From IMG/VR virus record IMGVR_UViG_3300046170_000302: 64,000 nt of DNA. One strand, written 5' to 3'. Each line of letters begins with the position of its first letter. Position 1 is the stretch's first letter. This document shows, one piece after another, positions 24,590 to 32,566 of this stretch. The position numbers and the translations under genes were made by a program. The notes below the pieces were generated by a model. It was not told where the DNA came from. It ran no database searches and was given only the letters and a program-made list of their open reading frames with translations. Source of the stretch: a virus (taxonomy: Duplodnaviria; Caudoviricetes).

Positions 24590-24676
24590 ATGAGTGGATG
24601 TTGTGGGGCTGGATGTCCCACTTGTCCTTTCAGACCCCCATCTCGGGGGTCTTTTTTTATGCCGTTTTATAAATAG
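24590..24676 (+). CDS. Candidate 28-aa Cys-rich micro-protein MSGCCGAGCPTCPFRPPSRGSFFMPFYK
   Basis: ATG one base after the g23 stop; CCGxGCxxCP motif; overlaps the terminator. Confidence 0.45.
   Translation: MSGCCGAGCPTCPFRPPSRGSFFMPFYK
24632..24658 (+). terminator. Intrinsic terminator after g23
   Basis: AGACCCCC-ATCTC-GGGGGTCT hairpin followed by a T run. Confidence 0.85.
24668..24675 (+). promoter_or_regulatory. T4-type late promoter TATAAATA
   Basis: Exact consensus just past the terminator and 19 nt before the ATG at 24695. Confidence 0.7.
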
Positions 24677-24694
24677 GTCACTTACATTACTACT

Positions 24695-25237
24695 ATGAAG
24701 AATAACCAATTAGGAAAGAAAATTGTAGTAGGTTTAGCCATATTTGTTGGAGTTGCTAATGTTGGTGCTATTATTGGACATAACTTGAGAACACCAATAC
24801 AACCAGCACAAATTAATTATCCACCAGTTGGAGATTACTCATCATATACTGTAACTGTAAATCCTGATGGAAGTTATAGTGTAGATTATAAAGGACACGA
24901 TCCTAAGGTATTGGACAATGAATCATATGTAGACACATCTAATGGTTTATTCGGTATTGGTGGTAGATCAACTACTACAAGAAATACTCAAGAAATAGCT
25001 GGAGGACAGAATAAGATGGGAAAGAACGATGCGAGGTCCGAAGAGTGTATCAAGGCGGAAGGTGGAGGAGAGTCAAACGGTGCTCTGGTGGGAGCTAGTT
25101 TAGGCACAGCTGCTACACCATTCTTAGTTGGTATTCCTTATGTCGGATGGCTCGCATCAGGTTGGGCTGTTATGTTGGGTCAAGATATGGGTTCATCAAT
25201 TGGTGGTTCAGTAGCATCTTCAATCAAAGGTTGTTGA
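24695..25237 (+). CDS. Membrane-anchored hypothetical protein with C-terminal glycine-zipper-like region
   Basis: N-terminal hydrophobic helix; GALVGASLG..GWAVMLGQDMGSSIGGSVA. Confidence 0.7.
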   Translation: MKNNQLGKKIVVGLAIFVGVANVGAIIGHNLRTPIQPAQINYPPVGDYSSYTVTVNPDGSYSVDYKGHDPKVLDNESYVDTSNGLFGIGGRSTTTRNTQEIAGGQNKMGKNDARSEECIKAEGGGESNGALVGASLGTAATPFLVGIPYVGWLASGWAVMLGQDMGSSIGGSVASSIKGC

Positions 25238-25282
25238 TAAATAGTTAATAATAAAATTTGTGATACCATTTAGAGGAGTAAT

Positions 25283-25486
25283 ATGGCATTCCACATCTCA
25301 AGAAAATCACCAGTTGATAGTTCAAAAACTGTTTACTATGTCAGAAAGTCTGGTGGAAACCAACACTGGTCTGATGATTATAGTGAAAGAAAAACCTGGT
25401 CAACAAACACATCACCTACTAGCTTGATGAATAATCCTGATGGTAAGAATGGTGGTTGGACTGGCGCATCTATTGTAGAAGAATGA
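25283..25486 (+). CDS. Small hypothetical protein
   Basis: 67 aa ORF with GAGG RBS; ends NPDGKNGGWTGASIVEE. Confidence 0.7.
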   Translation: MAFHISRKSPVDSSKTVYYVRKSGGNQHWSDDYSERKTWSTNTSPTSLMNNPDGKNGGWTGASIVEE

Positions 25487-26064
25487 GTCAGTCAAGAGTC
25501 CCAGATGCAAGTTTTTCCAGACAAATAGAGAACAGAAATTTTCTGGCACCAACAGGATTTCAGTTCTCTGTCGTCAGGGCACCTAAAGTATCCTTTTTTG
25601 GATATCAAGTTAACGTGCCTAGTTTGGATCTGGGTGTCGCGATACAACCAACTTACCTGACGGATATTCCTCGCGCAGGTGAGAAAATTGACTTTGGTGA
25701 TCTCACACTCACATTTTTAGTTGATGAAGATCTTACAAACTACCTTGAGATTCAAAACTGGATGAGAGGTCTTGGTTTTCCAGAATCTCTTCAAGAGATA
25801 TACAGTTGGCAAAATGATAAAGCACCATCACGTTATCCATCAAACTATAAGAATGAAAATGGACTGAATCTTTATTCAGATGGAACACTCTCTATCTACA
25901 ACTCAGCTGATAACCCAAACTTTAAAGTTAAATTTGAAAATATATTCCCATACTCACTATCAACACTTCAGTTTGATGCTCAATCCACCGATGTTCAATA
26001 CTTGACAGCAACAGTCAATTTCAAGTATACTGTATATAACATAGAAGGTGTAATCTGTTGTTAG
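25483..26064 (+). CDS. g3: Tail tube terminator / tail completion protein gp3-like
   Basis: NRNFLAPTGFQF, GEKIDFGDLTLTFLVDEDLTNYLEIQNWM; ATG at 25483. Confidence 0.85.
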   Translation: MSQSRVPDASFSRQIENRNFLAPTGFQFSVVRAPKVSFFGYQVNVPSLDLGVAIQPTYLTDIPRAGEKIDFGDLTLTFLVDEDLTNYLEIQNWMRGLGFPESLQEIYSWQNDKAPSRYPSNYKNENGLNLYSDGTLSIYNSADNPNFKVKFENIFPYSLSTLQFDAQSTDVQYLTATVNFKYTVYNIEGVICC

Positions 26065-26065
26065 T

Positions 26066-26500
26066 ATGATCGACCTTGAAACGCTTCAAGGAATGTGGAA
26101 TGAAGACTCTAAGATTGATCCAGATAATTTACACACTGAGTCTCTTAATATACCTGTTCTACATTCCAAATATTATGACATATATAATACTCTGATGTTA
26201 CTTCGAAAGAAGGCAGAACAACAGAGAAAAAACATTAGACACGAACGTTATGAGTACTTCTCTGGTAAAGCAGACCCGGAAGTTTACATTAATGACCCGT
26301 TTCCTAAGAAGATTAGAGATAAGGAAACTATGCAAAAGTATCTGGATGCAGATACAAAGCTCTCAGGAGTTTCGTTAAAGATTGAATACTACGAAGTAAT
26401 GTTGAGGTTCATAGAAGAGATCCTCAAACAGATAACGAACAGAACATATCAGATCAAGAACGCAATCGAATTCATGAGGTTTAGTTCAGGATTAGGCTAA
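26066..26500 (+). CDS. uvsY: Recombination mediator UvsY
   Basis: WNEDSKIDPDNL..LHSKY..RTYQIKNAIEFMRF; precedes uvsW. Confidence 0.9.
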   Translation: MIDLETLQGMWNEDSKIDPDNLHTESLNIPVLHSKYYDIYNTLMLLRKKAEQQRKNIRHERYEYFSGKADPEVYINDPFPKKIRDKETMQKYLDADTKLSGVSLKIEYYEVMLRFIEEILKQITNRTYQIKNAIEFMRFSSGLG

Positions 26501-26682
26501 TGGACCCAGACGGTTACTATCACATAGAATTACCCATAGAAGGTATTCGTCTCATTCACACAGGATTATCTCAAGCAATTGAGAGGTGGCCTGGTGGAGA
26601 TCCTCGCGAACAAGAAGGTCTCATTCAAATGAGAGACAACTTCTACAGAATTATTTTAGAACATAGGTTTGCAAACACCTGA
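26500..26682 (+). CDS. Small hypothetical protein
   Basis: 60 aa coupled ORF containing WPGGDPREQ. Confidence 0.6.
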   Translation: MDPDGYYHIELPIEGIRLIHTGLSQAIERWPGGDPREQEGLIQMRDNFYRIILEHRFANT

Positions 26683-26710
26683 TAAATATGTATAGGTGAA
26701 ACCTATATGA

Positions 26711-28181
26711 ATGGCTCATTTGATAATCGAGAAGGTAAATGAAGTTTACCTCAAGATTGATACAGAACCACATGTTGAACATGAACTAAGAGACCGATTT
26801 ACCTTTGAGGTAGAAGGTGCAAAGTTCATGCCTCAATATCGAAGACGACACTGGAACGGAGAGATTCATTTGTTCGATATGAGAACAAAGAGAATCTATG
26901 TTGGTCTGCTTGATAAGATTGTAACCTTCTGTGAGCAATCAAGTTATACCTATGAGTTCAAAGATAATAAGTTTTATGGTTTACCTTTTGAAGTCAATGA
27001 TATGATTTCAAAGGAAGGTGTCAAAGATTATATGGCATCTATCACCGGTCCTGACATCAAAGCCAGAGACTATCAGATTGATGCTGTATATGATGCCCTA
27101 AGATATAACAGAAAACTTCTCATCTCACCAACTGCATCTGGTAAGTCATTCATGATTTACTCTGTAGTAAGATTTCATGTTGGTCTGAAGAGAAAGGTTC
27201 TACTTGTAGTTCCTACTACATCACTTGTAGAACAAATGTATAAGGACTTTGAGTCATATGGTTGGGATGCTCAGAACCATTGTCATAGAATCTATGCAGG
27301 TCGTGAGAGAGTGAATACCAATGAGGTTACTATCACCACTTGGCAATCTGTCTATCAATTAGATCGCGCCTTTTTTGAGGAGTATGATGTTGTGATTGGT
27401 GATGAGGCTCATCTCTTTCAAGAGTAAATCTCTTGTAGGTATTATGGACAAGTTACATCATGCCAAATATAGATATGGGTTCACAGGAACTTTAGATGGA
27501 ACACAGACCCATAAGTGGGTGTTAGAGGGATTGTTTGGACCATCATACAAAGTAACTGGAACTAAAAAACTTATTGATGAAGGACATCTAGCAACTCTGG
27601 ATATCCAGTGTATTGTTCTGAAGTATAAACCACAGAAGTTTGATGTGTTTGAGGATGAGATTCAGTTCTTGATTGGTCATCCTACAAGGAATAAGTTTAT
27701 TAGAAATCTAGCTCTAGACCTGAAGGGTAATACTCTCATTCTCTATGCAAGAGTAGAGGCTCATGGTGCTATTCTATATGAAGAGATAAATAAGAGAGTG
27801 AAAGAAGATAGGAAAGTCTTCTTTATTCATGGTGGTGTAGATGCTGAAGATAGAGAGGAAGTTAGGCGTATCACTGAAGAAGAGAGTGATGCCATCATTG
27901 TAGCTTCATATGGGACATTCAGTACCGGTATTAACATCAAAAACCTACATAATGTAATATTTGCCTCTCCATCAAAGAGTAGGATTAGAAACCTACAATC
28001 TATTGGTCGAGTCCTTCGTAAAGGCAAAGATAAGGTGAAAGCAAAACTATACGATATTGCTGACGATACCACATTGAATAGTCGTAAAAACTACACACTC
28101 AACCATTTCATTGAACGCGTTAAGATTTACAATCAAGAACAATTTAACTATGAAATATCAACAATCGATATCAAGGAGTAA
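26711..28181 (+). CDS. uvsW: UvsW SF2 helicase (frameshift near 27418)
   Basis: SPTASGKS, DEAH, GFTGT, TFSTGINI, QSIGRVLR motifs; removing one T in CTCTTTCAAG restores HLFKSK. Confidence 0.95.
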
Positions 28182-28184
28182 TCT

Positions 28185-28571
28185 ATGGAAGAAGAATTCT
28201 ATGCATCAATCAAACTAAAACACACAGGAGAAGAAATCTTTACTAAGGTATGTGCAAGTGAAGAAGAAGATAGAACAATGTTAGTTCTGTCAAATCCAAT
28301 CATAGTAGAAGAAATTAAGTTCAGAGGGAAACCTGCTGGATACAAGATGGAACCCTGGATGAAAACAACCACTCAGGATATGTTTGTTATTAACTTATCT
28401 GATGTATTAACTATGTCTGAATCTTGTGATATAGAAATGATTATGTACTATGAGGATTATATCTCTAAGGTTGATAAACCTAATCACTCAGAGTTGAATA
28501 GAAAGATGGGTTACTTAGGGACCGTAGAGGAAACTAAGAAGAACTTAGAGAAGCTCTTTAAAGCTAGCTAA
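28185..28571 (+). CDS. Conserved hypothetical protein between uvsW and g55
   Basis: ASIKLKHTGEEIFTKV..YKMEPWMK pattern; synteny. Confidence 0.7.
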   Translation: MEEEFYASIKLKHTGEEIFTKVCASEEEDRTMLVLSNPIIVEEIKFRGKPAGYKMEPWMKTTTQDMFVINLSDVLTMSESCDIEMIMYYEDYISKVDKPNHSELNRKMGYLGTVEETKKNLEKLFKAS

Positions 28572-28597
28572 GCCCAACCTTTATGGTTAACAAACCT

Positions 28598-28648
28598 ATT
28601 GTAGTGAAATCTCATGAGTTTGTTAAGTCCAGTATTTTCAGGTATAAT
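28598..28648. promoter_or_regulatory. Back-to-back sigma70-like promoters upstream of g55
   Basis: + strand TTGTTA-17-TATAAT (28620-28648); - strand TTAACA-17-TACAAT (28626-28598). Confidence 0.55.
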
Positions 28649-28669
28649 ACTTGAAGATATTTCAATATT

Positions 28670-29173
28670 ATGACTACCGCCCATGCTTATGGAACAATGA
28701 GAAGAAAAGCAAAGCCCGAACACTACGTTAATAACAAAGAGTTCCTAGAGGCACTTGAGAACTACTTCGCAGAGATTGAACGAGCTAAGCTGAATGATAA
28801 GCCAAAGCCTCAGATTCCTCGTTACATCGGTGAGTGTTTCTTGAAGATTGCTAATCATCTCTCCTATAAGCCCAACTTTGTGAACTATATGTTCAAGGAT
28901 GATATGATCTGTGATGGTATTGAGAACTGTGTTCGATACATCCACAACTTTAGTCCTGAGAAGTCAAAGAATCCTTTTGCTTATTTCACTCAGATTATCT
29001 ACTTTGCTTTCCTCCGTCGTATCTCCATGGAGAAGAAGCAACTAGAGATTAAGAATAAGATTCTTGAGAAGTCAAACTTTGATGAAGTGTTTGATTCCAA
29101 TGACCTTGACAGTGACAACTATTCAGAATATAATAGCATTAAGGACAGTGTTCACTCTAAGCTAAGAAACTGA
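28670..29173 (+). CDS. g55: Late-transcription sigma factor gp55
   Basis: HYVNNKEFL, YIGECFLKIANHLSYKPNF, KSKNPFAYFTQI. Confidence 0.95.
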   Translation: MTTAHAYGTMRRKAKPEHYVNNKEFLEALENYFAEIERAKLNDKPKPQIPRYIGECFLKIANHLSYKPNFVNYMFKDDMICDGIENCVRYIHNFSPEKSKNPFAYFTQIIYFAFLRRISMEKKQLEIKNKILEKSNFDEVFDSNDLDSDNYSEYNSIKDSVHSKLRN

Positions 29174-30216
29174 TGAGTAAGGTTGCTATCATTACAGACA
29201 CTCACTACGGAGCACGTAAAGGGTCTAAATTATTTCATGATTATTTTGAGAAGTTCTATAATGATATCTTCTTTCCTAGTCTAGATGAACATGGCATTGA
29301 TACTGTCATTCATATGGGTGACGCTTTCGATAGTCGAAAGGGTATTGATTTCAAAGCACTAGATTGGGCAAAACGAGTAGTATTCGAACCTCTCAAACAG
29401 AGAGGTATTACTATGCACCTTATGGTTGGTAACCATGATGCATACTATAAGAATACTAATAGTATCAATGCTGTTGAACTCCTACTACAGGAGTATGATA
29501 ATGTAATCACATACTCCAAAGCCCAAGAAGTTGAAATTGGTGGATTGGGTGTCCTGTTTATTCCTTGGATTAATGATGAAAATTCTGAAGATACTTTCAA
29601 GCTTATTAAAGATAGCAGTGTGCGATGCGCGATGGGGCATCTCGAACTCACGGGATTTAGAGCTCATCGTGGGTGCATCATGGAAAACGGTCTTGACAGC
29701 CAACTATTTGAGAACTACGAAGTGGTCTTCTCTGGACACTACCACACTCGATCATCCGATGGGAAGATCTTCTATCTGGGAAATCCCTACGAGATGTTCT
29801 GGAACGATGTCAACGACACAAGAGGATTCCACCTCTTCGACACAGAAACCCTAGAACATACTCCTATTGATAATCCCTATCAGTTGTTCCACAACTTATA
29901 CTATGAGGATACGGATCATCAGATGTTTGATGTGACATCTTATGAGAATAAGATTGTAAAAGTGATTGTGAAGAAGAAGACTGATAGTAAAAAGTTTGAG
30001 AAGTATATTGACAAACTTTACTCTGTTGGTGTAGCAGATTTGAAGATTGTTGAGAACTTTCAACTCACCGAGTCTGAGGACTTTGAGGTTGAGGAGTCAG
30101 AAGATACCCTCTCTATTCTTGATAGATATATTGGAGAATCAGAAACAGACCTGAGTAAAGAACGTATTCAGAATGTTATGAGATCAATCTATCAGGAAGC
30201 ATGTGAAACCGTCTAA
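29173..30216 (+). CDS. g47: Recombination endonuclease subunit gp47 (Mre11/SbcD-like)
   Basis: ITDTHYG, GDAFD, GNHD, GHLE, SGHYH metallophosphoesterase motifs. Confidence 0.95.
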   Translation: MSKVAIITDTHYGARKGSKLFHDYFEKFYNDIFFPSLDEHGIDTVIHMGDAFDSRKGIDFKALDWAKRVVFEPLKQRGITMHLMVGNHDAYYKNTNSINAVELLLQEYDNVITYSKAQEVEIGGLGVLFIPWINDENSEDTFKLIKDSSVRCAMGHLELTGFRAHRGCIMENGLDSQLFENYEVVFSGHYHTRSSDGKIFYLGNPYEMFWNDVNDTRGFHLFDTETLEHTPIDNPYQLFHNLYYEDTDHQMFDVTSYENKIVKVIVKKKTDSKKFEKYIDKLYSVGVADLKIVENFQLTESEDFEVEESEDTLSILDRYIGESETDLSKERIQNVMRSIYQEACETV

Positions 30217-30488
30217 TGTTTATTATTGCAGTTGAAGGTAAAGAAAAAGAAGGAGCATACTCAGTCATTGATGAGGATGGAGAACAAGTTCTCTACATCT
30301 TTGCTGATGGTGATGATGCAACCAGATACTGTATGCAACTTGAAGAACTGGACTATCCTAAGATGAAAGTTTTAGAGATAGATGATAAACTTATGATCAA
30401 AACCTGTGAACTGCATGAACACAGGTATACCATCATTACACCTAATGATATTGTGATTCCCCCCGACAACGCAGATGATTATCTTTGA
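30216..30488 (+). CDS. Conserved hypothetical protein
   Basis: 90 aa coupled ORF between g47 and g46 ending DIVIPP. Confidence 0.7.
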   Translation: MFIIAVEGKEKEGAYSVIDEDGEQVLYIFADGDDATRYCMQLEELDYPKMKVLEIDDKLMIKTCELHEHRYTIITPNDIVIPPDNADDYL

Positions 30489-32184
30489 GAAGGTTCGCTG
30501 GAAAAACTTTTTAAGTACAGGCAATCAATTCACTGAAATACAATTGAATGAGAGTCAATCCACAATGATTGTGGGTACAAATGGTGCTGGCAAATCCACG
30601 ATCCTGGATGCTCTATGTTTCTCTCTATATGGTAAGTCGTTTAGGAAGATCAAGAAGGATCAACTAATCAATACTACCAACGAGAAAGGTGCGGTAGTTG
30701 AGATTGAGTTCAATGTCAATAAAGTTGATTGGAAGATTGAAAGGGGAATTAAACCAAACACATTCAAGATCTGGCGTAATGGTGAAGAACTAGATCAGAA
30801 AGCATCTGCCATCGACCAACAGAAGTGGTTGGAACAGAACGTGTTGAAGATGAACTATAAGAGTTTCACACAGATCGTGATTCTAGGTAGTAGTTCATTT
30901 GTACCATTTATGCAACTCCCTGCTACCAGTAGGAGAGAAGTTGTAGAAGATTTGTTGGATATTAAGATCTTCTCTTCTATGAATGTGTTGATTAAAGATA
31001 AGATTCGTAGTCTGAAAGAAGGTATTAGAACTCTAGAACTAAAGAAAGAGTCACTTAATGATAAGGTTCGAATGCAAAAGAACTTTATTGATGAGCTAGA
31101 AACTCGTAGTCAAGATGATATTAAACAGAAAGAGTTTAAGATTGGGGAACTTCTAAATGAAGAGAATAGTTATATGGGTAGTAATGAGAACCTGAACCGG
31201 GAACTTGTTACACTACAGGATGAACTCAAAGATTACTCTGACACTGGTAAGAAACTTCGTGAGTTTGGTAACATCAAAGGTAAACTATCTCAACGTATCT
31301 CTACATTAGTTAAAGACCATAAATTTTTTAACGATAATACGGTTTGTCCCACCTGTGATCAGGACATTGAAGATTCGTTTAGGTTAAATAGAATTGAACG
31401 CTCTCAAACTAAAGCAAAAGAGTTGCAGAAGGGTTATGAAGAACTCTTAGTGGCAATTAAAGATGAAGAGAATAGAGAGTCTCACTTCAAGTCCTTATCA
31501 GGAGAAATCAGTAAAGTACTTAATGGCATTACTTCTAACAACTCTCAGATCACTAGTTGTCAACGGCAGGTTAAATCGATTGAATCAGAAATTCAAACAC
31601 TTACCAAACAACTTGAAGACCGAAATACTGAGCACGAAAAGCTCGAACAGTTTAGAGAAACACTCCAAACAACTTATGAAGAGTTAGCTGTTAAGAGAGA
31701 AGATATCTCCTACTATGACTTTACATATAACCTCCTGAAGGACGGTGGTGTAAAGACAAAGATTATCAAGAAGTATCTTCCACTGATTAACCAACAGGTG
31801 AATAAGTATCTCCAGAAGATGGAGTTCTACATTAACTTCACTTTGGATGAAGAATTTAACGAGACAGTACAGTCTCCCATTCATGAAGACTTTTCTTATT
31901 CTTCTTTCTCAGAAGGTGAGAAGATGAGGATTGACCTTGCTCTTCTGTTCACATGGAGAGAGGTTGCAAGGTATAAGAACTCAGTAAATACCAACCTCTT
32001 GATTATGGATGAGGTATTTGATAGTTCTCTGGATGGTTTTGGTACTGATGAATTCCTTAAAATCATTCGTTATGAGATACAAGATGCTAATATTTTTGTA
32101 ATCTCTCATAAGGAATCACTATTTGATAAGTTTCAAAATGTAATTAAGTTTGAGAAGTGTAAAGGTTTCTCAAGAAAAGTGTGA
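30475..32184 (+). CDS. g46: Recombination endonuclease subunit gp46 (Rad50/SbcC-like)
   Basis: GTNGAGKST Walker A, CPTC zinc hook, FSEGE signature, LIMDE, ISH. Confidence 0.96.
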   Translation: MIIFEKVRWKNFLSTGNQFTEIQLNESQSTMIVGTNGAGKSTILDALCFSLYGKSFRKIKKDQLINTTNEKGAVVEIEFNVNKVDWKIERGIKPNTFKIWRNGEELDQKASAIDQQKWLEQNVLKMNYKSFTQIVILGSSSFVPFMQLPATSRREVVEDLLDIKIFSSMNVLIKDKIRSLKEGIRTLELKKESLNDKVRMQKNFIDELETRSQDDIKQKEFKIGELLNEENSYMGSNENLNRELVTLQDELKDYSDTGKKLREFGNIKGKLSQRISTLVKDHKFFNDNTVCPTCDQDIEDSFRLNRIERSQTKAKELQKGYEELLVAIKDEENRESHFKSLSGEISKVLNGITSNNSQITSCQRQVKSIESEIQTLTKQLEDRNTEHEKLEQFRETLQTTYEELAVKREDISYYDFTYNLLKDGGVKTKIIKKYLPLINQQVNKYLQKMEFYINFTLDEEFNETVQSPIHEDFSYSSFSEGEKMRIDLALLFTWREVARYKNSVNTNLLIMDEVFDSSLDGFGTDEFLKIIRYEIQDANIFVISHKESLFDKFQNVIKFEKCKGFSRKV

Positions 32185-32250
32185 AAGATACAAAAGTATG
32201 TTAAGTTAGGAAACCCTGACTATATAATAGTGGTATCATGGAGATTGTTT

Positions 32251-32421
32251 ATGAAAAACTTGGTATCTCGCAACGAGCTAGCCACTTGGGAGTGGGACGA
32301 AAAAACTACTGGAGAGGAAAAGTACGATCAAGTCACAGAATACTTTCAATGTATCACTGAGTGCGATATTCCAGATCATGACGCTAAAAGATTCTGTAGA
32401 CACATTCTGACTACCACGTAA
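32251..32421 (+). CDS. Small Cys-containing hypothetical protein (56 aa)
   Basis: ATG 32251 after GGAG; YFQCITECD..RFCRHIL; TATAAT upstream and hairpin downstream. Confidence 0.6.
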   Translation: MKNLVSRNELATWEWDEKTTGEEKYDQVTEYFQCITECDIPDHDAKRFCRHILTTT

Positions 32422-32458
32422 ACATAGACAAAAACAATTTAGGAGTCGCCTACCAAAG

Positions 32459-32480
32459 AACCCCCCGAAAGGGGGGTTTG
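32459..32480 (+). terminator. GC hairpin with GAAA loop, likely terminator
   Basis: AACCCCCC-GAAA-GGGGGGTT followed by only a short T run. Confidence 0.6.
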
Positions 32481-32521
32481 GTGTGCCAGTTATTAAAGTG
32501 GTAGAACCCTCTCAATAATTT

Positions 32522-32543
32522 TGTTACTCACCACTAAAATGCT
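32522..32543 (+). promoter_or_regulatory. 22-bp motif, copy 1
   Basis: TGTTACTCACCACTAAAATGCT; 19/22 identical to 34634-34655. Confidence 0.55.
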
Positions 32544-32566
32544 TTATAAGTGAGAGAGACACCACA

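Noticed and set aside
32251-32421. CP12 assignment for the small Cys protein
   Set aside because: It lacks the AWD-VEEL core and the C-terminal C-x8-C loop of CP12
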